Part shown: positions 47,211 through 58,887 of the stretch, in pieces | Numbering within the stretch: position 1 is the stretch's first letter | Layout: each line of letters starts with the position of its first letter | NCBI GenBank assembly: GCA_022837485.1 | Contig: JALHHH010000011.1 | Location: 588 to 64,587, forward strand | DNA: 64,000 nucleotides | DNA from: Bacteroidales bacterium | GTDB taxonomy: Bacteria > Bacteroidota > Bacteroidia > Bacteroidales > Lentimicrobiaceae | Direction: 5' to 3' | The notes under the pieces: model-generated | What the model saw: the letters and a program-made list of their open reading frames with translations, nothing else | Databases searched by the model: none | What the model was told of the DNA's origin: nothing | Made by a program: the position numbers and the translations under genes

Positions 47211-48368
47211 TTATTCTGCGGATTGAAACTCCGCGAAGTCGAAACACTCGTTTTTATGCCGGAAATATTCTGACGGGATCATTCCGGTAATTTTACGAAA
47301 GTTGCGCAAAGCCGTTGCCCGGGAACGAAAACCGGCAAAATAAAACGCATCCTGAAAATTTGCTGACTTATTAGACTCAATTAGCTGGATGAAATCCTCA
47401 ATGCGCAGACGATTGATATATAAGGTATAGTTTATATTTCCATTGTCATGGATAACCTGAGCCAGTGTGGTGCGGTTGGTGTACAGCGCTGCAGCCAGCG
47501 TATTCAGAGATAAGTCCGGATTCCGCCAGGCGCGCGTTTTCTGCATATACGCATCCAGTTGCTCATTCAGGATTTCGTTTTTCGTCTTTATTGCCAACGT
47601 CCGGTCGCTTGAAGCGGAAATCTCAGCCGTCTTATTAAGGATATTATTCAATTGGCTCTGTTCTTCTGTTATTACAGTTTCACGATTTTCCATCACTGTC
47701 CTGAAAAAGAAAAGGTCCATATGAACAATGGCAAGGCTGCATCCAACGCTGATATAGTAGTAAAGAGTGTGTATAATTACGCTATTTAATACCAATACCA
47801 TTACATAGGCAAGTATATTAACCGAGATTATGATCGAGTACTTCCTGATCCATGCATTGCTCACATCATTAGTTTTCCATGCGTCAGGGATAAAAAATAT
47901 AAAGAAAGAAGACAGAAAAAGAATCAGGAAAAGCAGCAAACGGAACAAGACCTCGAATTGGCCGGCAAACTGGAGCATTTCCGGAATTGAATGCTGAACA
48001 GAATACTTAACACCGGCCCATACGGAAATAAAATATATTCCCGATAAACCCATCAGCGGGAGGTATAGCCTGACAAGTCGTTTAAAGTTGAGCCAGCCTG
48101 GTGAAACAACTTCAATCGGATAAATAAGGTAAGATGAAAGCATAAAGATGGCCAACAGCAGCATCGGAGCGGAAACAACCACATCGGGCTTTTCTCCGTT
48201 GGAGAGTGCAATGAAACGGGGTATGTAATTAGCTACGGAAAATAAAATAATGAATGCAAGGATCGTACGTGAACGTTTTCCTTCTTTACGACGTGAAAAA
48301 AGCAATATAGACGCAAGTAAACAAACGAGTGCGCCTGCAAAGGTAGTGGCCAGGTAGAGATTATGCAT
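47211..48368 (-). CDS. membrane-anchored AraC-family transcriptional regulator
   Basis: The ORF is open to a TTG at 48398, and I prefer the ATG at 48368. About 6-7 N-terminal TM helices are followed by an AraC HTH (LNTLAAALYTNRTTLAQVI...FQDAFYFAGFRSRATALRNFRKITGMIPSEY). Confidence 0.75.
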   Translation of the reverse strand: MHNLYLATTFAGALVCLLASILLFSRRKEGKRSRTILAFIILFSVANYIPRFIALSNGEKPDVVVSAPMLLLAIFMLSSYLIYPIEVVSPGWLNFKRLVRLYLPLMGLSGIYFISVWAGVKYSVQHSIPEMLQFAGQFEVLFRLLLFLILFLSSFFIFFIPDAWKTNDVSNAWIRKYSIIISVNILAYVMVLVLNSVIIHTLYYYISVGCSLAIVHMDLFFFRTVMENRETVITEEQSQLNNILNKTAEISASSDRTLAIKTKNEILNEQLDAYMQKTRAWRNPDLSLNTLAAALYTNRTTLAQVIHDNGNINYTLYINRLRIEDFIQLIESNKSANFQDAFYFAGFRSRATALRNFRKITGMIPSEYFRHKNECFDFAEFQSAE

Positions 48369-48443
48369 ATTTAAACAATCAGCGCTTAGTTGCAACAAAA
48401 TGCCAGTTGAAAGAGGTAGTGTTTATGCATGAACGCAGTAATG

Positions 48444-48451
48444 CAAAAATA
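48444..48451 (-). promoter_or_regulatory. -7 box upstream of the membrane AraC regulator gene
   Basis: The minus strand reads TATTTTTG, 46-76 nt upstream of the candidate starts. Confidence 0.4.
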
Positions 48452-48510
48452 CAAATTCCGTTTTTTTAAATGTGATTTTGTTAAATATTCTCACTAGCCT
48501 TTATTATTAA

Positions 48511-48534
48511 GGGGGGCAATCTTTTTTGCCCCCC
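48511..48534 (-). terminator. GC-rich hairpin downstream of the metallophosphoesterase gene
   Basis: GGGGGGCAA (48511-48519) / TTGCCCCCC (48526-48534) form a 9-bp stem with a 6-nt loop and A/T-rich flanks on both sides. It lies 230 nt past the stop codon. Confidence 0.4.
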
Positions 48535-48763
48535 TGATTTAAAATTTTCTTAAAGGTTCTTTTGCACCATGAGTTTTTTTTTGGGCGGGGACATCAAGGC
48601 ACCCCAACCTTGCACATGAAGAGGCATTTTTGACGTCCATTTCAGAAAATCCGGCTATTACTGCACCCTTCTGTTCCAAAAACGCATTATATCAGAAACT
48701 TAAAACAGTCCGGGGACAGGCCGAATGATTTACATTTTTCCAAAATTGACCGTTAATCAATTT

Positions 48764-50128
48764 TTACAATTTAATTGATCTGCTTTCCAGGGAAATATGC
48801 CCTTGTTTCCTGAATTGGAAACGTTCAACTTTTACCATACTGTTATCCGCAGCTTGTGGAGCAATCACAATAAAGTCCATATTCTCATTGTCCTGATCTA
48901 CTGATTCTCCATGCCTGGTCTTTTTGTCGATCCAGGTGCCCGAGTTGGCATAAACACATGCTTCACCTTTGCTATTGGTAAAAGTTTTCAACATTGGTAC
49001 GTGCGTGTGGCCAAATACAACAATCCTGACTTCTGAATTCTGATTCTGAAAATACTGAACATTTGACTGATTATCAAGAAAGCTGGTAAGTAGGCTCCCC
49101 GGAATGGCATCTTTTACTGAAGTAATCACCGGAACATTGTTATAGGAAAGCCTTTTTTCCCAATTCGACTGACTGCAGGCTTCACTGAACAGATTCATGT
49201 CGATGCTGCCATCGGGGTTATTGAACGGGATCACATCGTTTATACTAAAGCTGCCTGAAAAATTACCAACATTGGTAACAATGATTTTTTCATCAAAATT
49301 GTCTTTAACAGGTATCACGTTTGTCAATACGGATTTCCAGATGTTGTAATAGATGAAATTGTTAACCTGAGTTTCATCGGCAGAATTCAGTGTAACATCG
49401 CGGACAGGTGTAATTTCACCGGCATCCGGATAATTGGTTACAGAGTTAACGGCAATACGCGTAAAGAAATATCCCGCAGGCAAAATTGTGCCGGGAGCAA
49501 TGTTTTGGTTACTGTAGGGATCAGGCGCACAGAAAAAATCGTATCGGTGGCTGTGTTCTATGGCTATCTGCGGAATCGGATAATACGTCCCGATCCCCGG
49601 GCGGTTGATATCCCGTGCCTGATTGATTCCCGGTAAAATCAATTCAACATTTTCATCCTCAACAATCAGATCATGGTTTCCGGGAACGTAGGTTACTTTT
49701 ATATTTTTATCTTTAATTATTCCGTTCAGAACATCAATAACACCTTTATTCTGGGTTGCGATTTTCTGAATAAATTCCTTCTGTGTTTTACCCTCATACG
49801 TATCTGTCCGCGAAGGAATATACCATTCGTCCAGCAGATCACCGGCGATAACCAGTTCACTGATCGTTTTTGATTCACGTATTTCTGTCAGAAATTCAAC
49901 CAATCTCGGAAGATGTGCCGAACATTCCGAATAGCTAAGGTCATTCCCCAGATGTATATCGCTGATAACTACAATTTTGTTGCGCGCCAGACTTTCACCT
50001 CCATTTGATATATCAAACGGATTATCTCCCGGTTTCAAAGAAATGTTCTCTTTTTGACACGAAAACGCTGAAAACATGAATACCGTGGAAGCAACAATGC
50101 CCCACCATTTTAGTTGGCTTCTTTTCAT
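48764..50128 (-). CDS. lipoprotein metallophosphoesterase (calcineurin-like)
   Basis: The ORF is open to a GTG at 50167. The preferred ATG at 50128 gives lipobox ...FMFSAFSC. Metallophosphoesterase motifs VVISDIHLGND, GDLLDEW, PGNHD and FGHTH. Confidence 0.75.
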   Translation of the reverse strand: MKRSQLKWWGIVASTVFMFSAFSCQKENISLKPGDNPFDISNGGESLARNKIVVISDIHLGNDLSYSECSAHLPRLVEFLTEIRESKTISELVIAGDLLDEWYIPSRTDTYEGKTQKEFIQKIATQNKGVIDVLNGIIKDKNIKVTYVPGNHDLIVEDENVELILPGINQARDINRPGIGTYYPIPQIAIEHSHRYDFFCAPDPYSNQNIAPGTILPAGYFFTRIAVNSVTNYPDAGEITPVRDVTLNSADETQVNNFIYYNIWKSVLTNVIPVKDNFDEKIIVTNVGNFSGSFSINDVIPFNNPDGSIDMNLFSEACSQSNWEKRLSYNNVPVITSVKDAIPGSLLTSFLDNQSNVQYFQNQNSEVRIVVFGHTHVPMLKTFTNSKGEACVYANSGTWIDKKTRHGESVDQDNENMDFIVIAPQAADNSMVKVERFQFRKQGHISLESRSIKL

Positions 50129-50650
50129 TTTTTTTGTGATTTTGTTTAAACGAATAATTGATCGCACTCCCGATTTTTTGTGTGCTAAAATATTTCGAAT
50201 ACAAAACCCAGGTGTGGCATTTTTACAAAATCAGAAGTCTCATTTTTACAATTTTTCCGAAAAAGCTGATAGTAAATGAAATAAAATTTTCAATTCGGAT
50301 ATATTCCGGTATTTTTTAGCCGGGCCGTGGCTTAAATACCATGCTTTATAGTAGCTGAAAAAACATATTTTCCGCTTTATGTAAATATATTTTACTATAA
50401 GCCCCCGGGTCGGATTCTGAATAAACCGAGAAAATATAGTTTTAAGTATTACCTCAAACGCTTATTTTAAAAAAACGGTTTAACCGTTATGGAAGACCTG
50501 CCGGATACAAACCGGAGAGATTTATCGTTTTAGGAGCAAGTAACTTCCTGTAGATGCCCGAACCCGCTCACAGAAAGGCAGTTAATTAATCCCGGGAAAA
50601 TGAGTGTACAGATTTCACGTGAAGTGCCGGAGCGTCAGCCGGAAAACGGG

Positions 50651-50730
50651 GGCTGAGGTCAAGTACAGGGCTGAGGTCCAGGCTGAGGCCGGAAGCCGGA
50701 CTAAAATCGGGAAACGACCCGGGCTGAGAC
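50651..50730. repeat. four copies of GGCTGAG(G/A)(T/C)C in a non-coding region
   Basis: GGCTGAGGTC at 50651-50660, GGCTGAGGTC at 50669-50678, GGCTGAGGCC at 50681-50690 and GGCTGAGAC at 50722-50730. The first three are spaced 18 and 12 nt apart. Confidence 0.7.
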
Positions 50731-51006
50731 TGGAGGTAAAAGCAGGATAGCCTGCCGCGAAGAGACTGGTAAAAGAACCGGAATTCTGCATTAGCAGATT
50801 CAACTATAAAAAAACAGGGAAACCACAGCTTACCGTGAAAATTTCCAGAATGCTATGCCGAACTCTCCGCTCCGGGCAGACCGGTTCTTCCAGACTATTC
50901 AGTATGAACTGAGAAATTGGTTATTTACAAATACTGCACGCGCAAACTCAAACTCCTCTTGAAGCACAACTTCTCCATGAGGCGCCTAATCCGCAATCCG
51001 GAATCA

Positions 51007-52929
51007 TTACCTCTTCCCCTGCTGTTTGGCCATTTCCTCAAGCCTCTTCTGGAAGCTTGACTTCTTGACGGGTTTTTTCTTGTTTTCCTGGATCTGAGCA
51101 TGAAGTTTGTCTTCATTTACAAATCTGCGGATCAGAAACATCTGGGCAAAAGTCAGGAGGTTGGCGAGCAGATAGTAGTAGCTCAAACCGGAAGAATAGC
51201 TGTTAAAGAATCCGAGGAACATTACCGGCATCAGGTACATCATCGTCTTCATTCCCGGCATCTGCTGTCCGGTCGACATCATATCGTTATTAATCTTTGT
51301 ATAGATGATGGTGGAAATGGTCATCAGCAGAGTAAAAAGACTGACATGATCGCCGTAAAACGGAATGGTAAATGGCAGATCGAGCACAGAATCGTAGCTC
51401 GACAGGTCTTTCGCCCACAGAAACGCCTCCTGCCTGAGCTCAATGGATGCTGGGAAGAACCGGAACATAGCAATTAGGATCGGAAATTGCAGCAGCATGG
51501 GTACGCATCCCGACATCGGATTCACTCCTGCCTTCTTGTACAGCGTCATGGTAGCCTGCTGCTTTTTCATCGCATCGTCCTGTTTCGGAAACTTCTTATT
51601 TATCTCGTCAATTTCAGGTTTCAGCAGACGCATTTTGGCTGACGACAGGTAGGTTTTATATGCAATCGGAAAGAGAACGATCTTTAGCAGTATGGTCAGG
51701 ATCAGAATAATAATTCCATAATTCAGGTTAAATCCTTCAAGAAAATTGAATACAGGAATTACAGCAAAACGGTTGATCCACTGCATCAGGAAGAAACTCC
51801 ATCCCAGTGGAATCTGACGTTCCAGGTCGAGTTTATACTTCCGCATCAGATTGTATTTGTTCGGACCGAAGAAAAATGACATTCCGACAGACTGATCTGT
51901 TCCGGGTTTATAGGGGATTGCCAGGGAAGCCTGCATGTAATCAAGGAAACGGGTTTCCTTTTCCGGCTCCCGTATTTTTGAGATATCGGCACTCAGGAAT
52001 AGATCGTCTGCGATAAGCACAGATGAAAAGAACTGCTGTTTAAACGAAACCCATTTGAGGCGGGTGGCAATTGTTTCGCGGTCATCCTTGCGCTCGTTCA
52101 GATAATCTACTTCCGCATCTGAGTGACGAAAATGAATGGTTGAGTTTAATCGCTCATTCTCAATATTTTTCTCCTGCCTCATCAGGCGGGCATTCCAGTT
52201 GATGTTCAGCTCACGCGTATTATGGGCAACGATACCCTCCATATTAACCATACTGATTTCGAGGCCAACCAAGTAATCACCGGCCCGAACCGTATAGAGG
52301 TATTCTATGTAACTATCCGTCAAAGATGCTGTATCGGCCGCATTTGCGTAAAGCCTCATGGCGAATTGAAGCGAATCGCTTCCTTCAACTCTGATTTCGG
52401 GATTTCCATCGAAACGGGCATCCTTCCATGCCGGTTTGAAGAAAAGCCCTCCGGTGGAGATAGGTTTTGTGTCGCTGAAAAAAGCCAGTTCAAAGGCAGA
52501 AGAATCCTGTGCAAACAAAACCAGTGGGTGACCGTCAAATGTTTTATACTCCTTAAGTTCTACCTGCCCGATTCGTCCGCCTTTACTGTTGATTGTAAGC
52601 TTAAGAACATCATTTTCAATGGTATAAGCCTGATCTTCGCCTTGAGCAGAAATTGCAAACGGACCGTATACCGACTGCATGTTAGCCTTTACGGTGGCCG
52701 AATCAACGCCTGCAGGGATTTCCTGGACCGCAGCGGCGGCCTGAGAAAGCACATCCCTTCTGGCCTGCTGTGCTTTGGATGAATCGAGCACCGCCTGATT
52801 AACTGCAGCTATCGAATCCTGAACGCGTTTCTTCTCAGCCAGCTCTTCCTTTGAAGGCGACATGAGCAGAGTATACCCCATCATCAGGGCAAAAATCAGC
52901 ACCAGACCAATTATCGAATTTTTATTCAT
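51007..52929 (-). CDS. yidC: membrane protein insertase YidC (long Bacteroidota form)
   Basis: 640 aa. N-terminal TM, a large periplasmic domain and a C-terminal 60-kDa insertase core (PLGWSFFLMQWINRF...GCVPMLLQFPILIAMF) with a basic tail. Lies downstream of pyrG. Confidence 0.9.
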   Translation of the reverse strand: MNKNSIIGLVLIFALMMGYTLLMSPSKEELAEKKRVQDSIAAVNQAVLDSSKAQQARRDVLSQAAAAVQEIPAGVDSATVKANMQSVYGPFAISAQGEDQAYTIENDVLKLTINSKGGRIGQVELKEYKTFDGHPLVLFAQDSSAFELAFFSDTKPISTGGLFFKPAWKDARFDGNPEIRVEGSDSLQFAMRLYANAADTASLTDSYIEYLYTVRAGDYLVGLEISMVNMEGIVAHNTRELNINWNARLMRQEKNIENERLNSTIHFRHSDAEVDYLNERKDDRETIATRLKWVSFKQQFFSSVLIADDLFLSADISKIREPEKETRFLDYMQASLAIPYKPGTDQSVGMSFFFGPNKYNLMRKYKLDLERQIPLGWSFFLMQWINRFAVIPVFNFLEGFNLNYGIIILILTILLKIVLFPIAYKTYLSSAKMRLLKPEIDEINKKFPKQDDAMKKQQATMTLYKKAGVNPMSGCVPMLLQFPILIAMFRFFPASIELRQEAFLWAKDLSSYDSVLDLPFTIPFYGDHVSLFTLLMTISTIIYTKINNDMMSTGQQMPGMKTMMYLMPVMFLGFFNSYSSGLSYYYLLANLLTFAQMFLIRRFVNEDKLHAQIQENKKKPVKKSSFQKRLEEMAKQQGKR

Positions 52930-52957
52930 GAAGGTATATTGAATGTAAAACAGTGGA

Positions 52958-52965
52958 CAAAATTA
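52958..52965 (-). promoter_or_regulatory. -7 box upstream of yidC
   Basis: The minus strand reads TAATTTTG, 29 nt upstream of the ATG at 52929. It overlaps the T-tract of the pyrG terminator. Confidence 0.4.
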
Positions 52966-52994
52966 ATTAAAAGCATTGACATTGAAGTGTCAAT
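52961..52994 (-). terminator. intrinsic terminator after pyrG
   Basis: ATTGACA (52975-52981) / TGTCAAT (52988-52994) stem. On the minus strand it is followed by GCTTTTAATTAATTTTG. Confidence 0.5.
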
Positions 52995-53053
52995 CTTTAA
53001 ACGACTGTCAGCGGAAGCCATCCTAATGGTTTTATTCCGGAATATGCAAAGAC

Positions 53054-54694
<1,641 letters not shown>

Positions 54695-54809
54695 TTAATC
54701 AAATCAGTTACCCTGCCGTAATTCCGGTTTATGGATTATACAGCCTGATAATGCGTATTCCAGTAAATATTAACAGATTCCCTTTAGGCGTACCAAACTG
54801 AAACCGGCA

Positions 54810-54817
54810 CAAAATTA
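54810..54817 (-). promoter_or_regulatory. -7 box upstream of pyrG
   Basis: The minus strand reads TAATTTTG, about 137 nt upstream of the ATG at 54673. Confidence 0.35.
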
Positions 54818-54872
54818 ATCATCCAATTCATTATCAAATTGGTATACGAAAGTACCAATCCGTTTGGCTGAA

Positions 54873-54910
54873 GGCAAAAATACGAACCTCCCGCCAAAAA
54901 GCGAGAGGTT
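54873..54910 (-). terminator. intrinsic terminator after the stand-alone response regulator
   Basis: AACCTC..CGC (54885-) / GCG..GAGGTT (-54910) stem with one mismatch. On the minus strand it is followed by CGTATTTTTG. Confidence 0.65.
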
Positions 54911-54951
54911 GTTAAGAATTTATGAAAAGTTTTCAGATTATGCTATTGTTG

Positions 54952-55335
54952 TCAATGCTTTACAAACTGCATAACAGCCTCATAAATCTGTTCCTTATCG
55001 TAAGGCTTCGATAAAAAATAATCCATTCCAACTTCAAAACTTTTGCGGCGAAACGACTCTTCGGAATAGGCTGTAAGTGCGATTACCGGGACTTCGATTC
55101 CTCTTTTCCGCATTTCAGCGGTGGCATCCCAGCCATTCATTACAGGCATGTCGATATCCATGAGCACCACATCGTAAGAACCATTCTGGATCTCTTCAAC
55201 GGCCTCTGCCCCGTCGCCCACCATTTTATATTTCCAGCCCATCTTACGGATCAAAATCTCAATAATGCGCTGGTTCAAAATATTGTCTTCGGCAATTAAA
55301 ACACTTACAGGCTTTTCGCCCATTCTGTTATCCAT
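54952..55335 (-). CDS. stand-alone response regulator (receiver domain only)
   Basis: 127 aa. VLIAEDNILNQRI...YDVVLMDIDMPVMNG...PVIALTAY...SKP. A terminator follows at 54873-54910. Confidence 0.85.
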   Translation of the reverse strand: MDNRMGEKPVSVLIAEDNILNQRIIEILIRKMGWKYKMVGDGAEAVEEIQNGSYDVVLMDIDMPVMNGWDATAEMRKRGIEVPVIALTAYSEESFRRKSFEVGMDYFLSKPYDKEQIYEAVMQFVKH

Positions 55336-55718
55336 TCGTAAGGTTTAGGCTAATACCAGTTGCTGAGTATTGAGCATTAAACAAATCTGAAATTTCGGTT
55401 AATTCCTCATTGAGGCTCCCGTTTCCCTGAAGCACAAAAAATTATCATCCGGCTTTGTACCTCAGAATAAAGCGAAACGCTTTTGAGCGGCAAAAATAAT
55501 ATTTCAAATCGAATATCAATACATTTTCCCTGGAAAATATTTTACCAAAAGGTCCCAAAGCAGCCACAGTCAGGGATTACCAAAGGAAAAAAAATTTCCT
55601 TGACGAAAAATGTTAAAAAGTTGTATCGGAACAGTACTGTATAAAGCTGCCCGAAAGATACGATGTACTAAAATGCCAGACTTTCCGGCGGGTAAGGTGT
55701 GAAACGTGTAGCTGCTGC

Positions 55719-56585
55719 TTACTGACCCAGATAAGCCTTCAGAAGCTTGCTGCGTGAGGTGTGTTTAAGCCGGCGTATCGCTTTCTCTTTGATTTGCCTG
55801 ACGCGCTCGCGTGTAAGGTCGAACTTGGCTCCGATCTCTTCGAGGGTAAGACCGTGGTTCATACCGAGTCCGTAATAAAGGTTTACGACATCCCTTTCCT
55901 TCTCGGTAAGGGTTGCAAGCGAACGCTGAATTTCACGCGCCAGCGACTCCCTCATCAAACCGGCATCGGTAACAGGAGTATCTTCATCGATGAAAATATC
56001 GATAAACTTCATATCCTCATCCTCGGTAAGCGGAGCATCCATGGAAATATAACGTGTAGAAATCCTGAGCGCTGCATCGATTTTATATTCCGGAATTTCG
56101 AGCGCTTCTGCCAGCTCATCGGGAGAAGGCGGTCGTTCGAACTTCTGTTCCAGACGCGAAGATTCCTTCTTGATTTTATTCAGCGATCCCACCTGATTCA
56201 GCGGAAGCCTTACAATTCGCGACTGTTCCGCAAGGGCCTGAAGGATGCTCTGCCTGATCCACCATACGGCATAAGAGATAAATTTAAACCCGCGGGTTTC
56301 GTCGAAGCGCTGAGCAGCTTTTATAAGTCCCAGGTTGCCTTCGTTGATAAGGTCGGGCAGGCTGAGACCCTGGTTCTGGTATTGCTTCGCTACGGAAACA
56401 ACAAACCTGAGGTTTGCCTTGCAAAGTTTGTCGAGTGCCTGCTGGTCGCCCTGCCGGATACGCTGAGCAAGCAGAACCTCTTCTTCTGCCGTTATCAGCT
56501 CCTCTTTCCCAATATCCTGCAAATATTTATCGAGCGATGCAGTTTCGCGGTTGGTTATCGATTTAGTGATCTTCAGCTGTCTCAT
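55719..56585 (-). CDS. rpoD: primary RNA polymerase sigma factor (Bacteroidota RpoD/SigA)
   Basis: 288 aa. Region 2 ([38 protein letters not shown]...[15 protein letters not shown]) and region 4.2 ([29 protein letters not shown]). Confidence 0.93.
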   Translation of the reverse strand: MRQLKITKSITNRETASLDKYLQDIGKEELITAEEEVLLAQRIRQGDQQALDKLCKANLRFVVSVAKQYQNQGLSLPDLINEGNLGLIKAAQRFDETRGFKFISYAVWWIRQSILQALAEQSRIVRLPLNQVGSLNKIKKESSRLEQKFERPPSPDELAEALEIPEYKIDAALRISTRYISMDAPLTEDEDMKFIDIFIDEDTPVTDAGLMRESLAREIQRSLATLTEKERDVVNLYYGLGMNHGLTLEEIGAKFDLTRERVRQIKEKAIRRLKHTSRSKLLKAYLGQ

Positions 56586-56887
56586 ATCGTTGGGTATTTT
56601 GAATGGGTAGTCTCGAACTATGGTGTTGTCATAGTACCGCTTGTTATGACCCGTATCGGGTAAGTTTTACGACCAGGCACTGAAATTTCAGATGTATTAC
56701 TAATTGCAATCCGATAGTTTTCAGAACCTTGAGTCGGTTCAGCAGGTTCGAGACATCCTTATTCTTATTAATAACAATCGGTTCCGGTCTTTAGTTCAAC
56801 GCAGACCGCAGGCATTTTTATACCCGTTTATACGGCTTAAGGGATGCACCTGTGTACATCCCAAAAGCCCTTATGGGTTCGATGGTT

Positions 56888-58342
56888 TTACATTCCAAAG
56901 CCGTAATAGGCTCTTGTTCTGTTGGGATAAATCCCTTCAATCAGCACTCCGCCTTTTTTTCCGGTGAGCACTTTAGTAAGGTCTTCGCGGGAGTTCACCG
57001 ACTTTCCGTCTACCTGAATGATGATGTATCCCTGACGCACTCCGGCATTTCGCAGCTTTCCGTCCCTGAGTGAAACTATCTGAAGTCCGTTTTCAACACC
57101 CAGCTCTTCTTTTAATTTACGGCTAACGGGCTCAAAAGTTGCACCGAGTATGGCATCAACATTCACTTCTTCCCGTTTGACGGCCCCTGTATTTCCGTCC
57201 TTATTCTTTAAGGTAACGTTGAATGCCAGGTCTTTATTATTTCGTTTAACCGCCACATTGACCTTATCGCCCGGACGGTGCTGTCCTATAATTTCGAGCA
57301 ATTCGGATGTTGAGTTTACCGGAACGCCTTCAATGTTCATGATAACATCGCCTGAACGCAAGCCTGCTGCACGGGCAGCTCCTTCATCAACCACTTCGGC
57401 TACAAAAACACCGCGGATATCGTCAAGTCCTTGCTCAGCCGCCAGTTTGCTGTCGAGCTCCCGGATACTAACGCCCAGAAATCCGCGCTGTATGGTTCCA
57501 AATTCCTTCAGATCTTCAACCACTTTACGAACAATATTCACCGGAATGGCAAAAGAATAGCCGGCATAATAACCGGTGCCCGATGCGATGGCAGCATTGA
57601 TGCCGACCAGCTCTCCGCGGGTATTGACAAGTGCTCCGCCGCTGTTACCACGGTTAACCGCTGCATCGGTCTGAATAAACGATTCAATGGCGGTGCCATC
57701 GGGCGTTCCAAGGATATTAATGTTCCTGGCTTTTGCACTTACTATTCCTGCCGTTACCGTGGAAGTAAGATTAAACGGATTGCCGACTGCCAGGACCCAC
57801 TCCCCTACCTGCAGATTATCGGAATTTCCGTATACGAGATAAGGCAGGTCCTTTGCGCTGACCTTTATCACGGCCAGATCGGTGGACGGATCGGTCCCGA
57901 TTATTTCGGCACTGTAGGTTCGCTTATCGTTAAGCGTTACCTCGATTTTATCCGATTCTGCTACTACGTGGTTGTTGGTAACGATGTAACCATCGGGCGA
58001 AATAATCACTCCCGAACCCGTAGCAAGAATGGGAGACGGACTTCCGTGCGGCGAACGGTTGCCAAAGAAATCCCTGAAATCGAAAAAATAATCGTAAACG
58101 CTGCTCTTGCGCTGATACTCGGTTTTTATATGTACGACAGCATGTACCGTATTATTGGCAGCAACGGTAAAATCGGGAAGTACCATGGGACCCGAAGTAC
58201 CCGAAAGCCCTGCAAGGTAGGCAGGAACCCTGGGCTGTTCAACAATGGCAGGCACATTCTTTTTGTCTATAATACTGTATGCTGCCAGGGCAATGATTCC
58301 CCCGGCGATCGCAATAAGCAAACTTCCGGCAATACGTTTCAT
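56888..58342 (-). CDS. htrA: Do/HtrA-family periplasmic serine endopeptidase with PDZ domains
   Basis: 484 aa with an N-terminal anchor. Catalytic triad context IVTNNHVV, TDLAVIKV and RGNSGGALVN. Two PDZ-like segments. Confidence 0.92.
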   Translation of the reverse strand: MKRIAGSLLIAIAGGIIALAAYSIIDKKNVPAIVEQPRVPAYLAGLSGTSGPMVLPDFTVAANNTVHAVVHIKTEYQRKSSVYDYFFDFRDFFGNRSPHGSPSPILATGSGVIISPDGYIVTNNHVVAESDKIEVTLNDKRTYSAEIIGTDPSTDLAVIKVSAKDLPYLVYGNSDNLQVGEWVLAVGNPFNLTSTVTAGIVSAKARNINILGTPDGTAIESFIQTDAAVNRGNSGGALVNTRGELVGINAAIASGTGYYAGYSFAIPVNIVRKVVEDLKEFGTIQRGFLGVSIRELDSKLAAEQGLDDIRGVFVAEVVDEGAARAAGLRSGDVIMNIEGVPVNSTSELLEIIGQHRPGDKVNVAVKRNNKDLAFNVTLKNKDGNTGAVKREEVNVDAILGATFEPVSRKLKEELGVENGLQIVSLRDGKLRNAGVRQGYIIIQVDGKSVNSREDLTKVLTGKKGGVLIEGIYPNRTRAYYGFGM

Positions 58343-58879
58343 AGCAGATATATTTTTTTAGTTTTCCTTAGTTTCTTTCATCCCGGATCTTTTTTACCGG
58401 GGCATTCGGTTAAACGCAATTCAGATACCAATGTTACAGAATGCGGTGTTAAAAAGTGTTAATCCTTTTTTTAAACTTTTCCAATCGCATGCCGACAGTC
58501 AGAGAGTCCGGAATAAACGGCTTACTATCTGTAAGTTGCATTAATCCAATTAATTCATAAAATAAAAACTCAAAATATATCGCTAAGGTTAAGCAAAAAA
58601 AACGAAATCTAACGGCAGAAAAAGAAGTGCATTTCTTCAGGCTTTTAAAGTAAAAACCAATCTTCCGTATTTATATGCAGATCTCTGACAGCCGCATTAA
58701 TGACTGTTCTTAGCTTAAAAAGTATTTTCTACTCACGGAATACCGGATAAGTACTATTCTTTGCACTTATCAATTCTGACATAGCTGGCGAAAAATTATA
58801 TTACTATTTGATTTTAAAGGATTTAAAAGAGATTAGAACAGGCAGGATATTTCATTAGGTTTTTTCACATTAATTTCCT

Positions 58880-58887
58880 TATTTTTG
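58880..58887 (+). promoter_or_regulatory. -7 box upstream of dapF
   Basis: TATTTTTG, 43 nt upstream of the ATG at 58930. Confidence 0.45.

Noticed and set aside
50721-50769. Possible TPP riboswitch, because of GGCTGAGA followed by a GCAGG-AUAG-CCUGC hairpin and GCGAAGAGA.
   Set aside because: The ACCUGAUCUGGAUAAUGCCAGCG-type core and the P1/P2/P4 pairings cannot be built. No thiamine gene lies downstream on either strand. The resemblance is limited to the CUGAGA hexamer.
56876-56885. GGTTCGATGG resembling a tRNA T-arm, taken together with a general search of all intergenic regions for tRNA, tmRNA, RNase P or SRP RNA hallmarks.
   Set aside because: No acceptor, D or anticodon stems can be drawn around it, and the sequence spans the end of the htrA coding region. 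I found no GGTTCGAATCC-type T-loops, no GAGGAAAGTCCGGGC (RNase P) and no SRP or tmRNA cores anywhere in the window.
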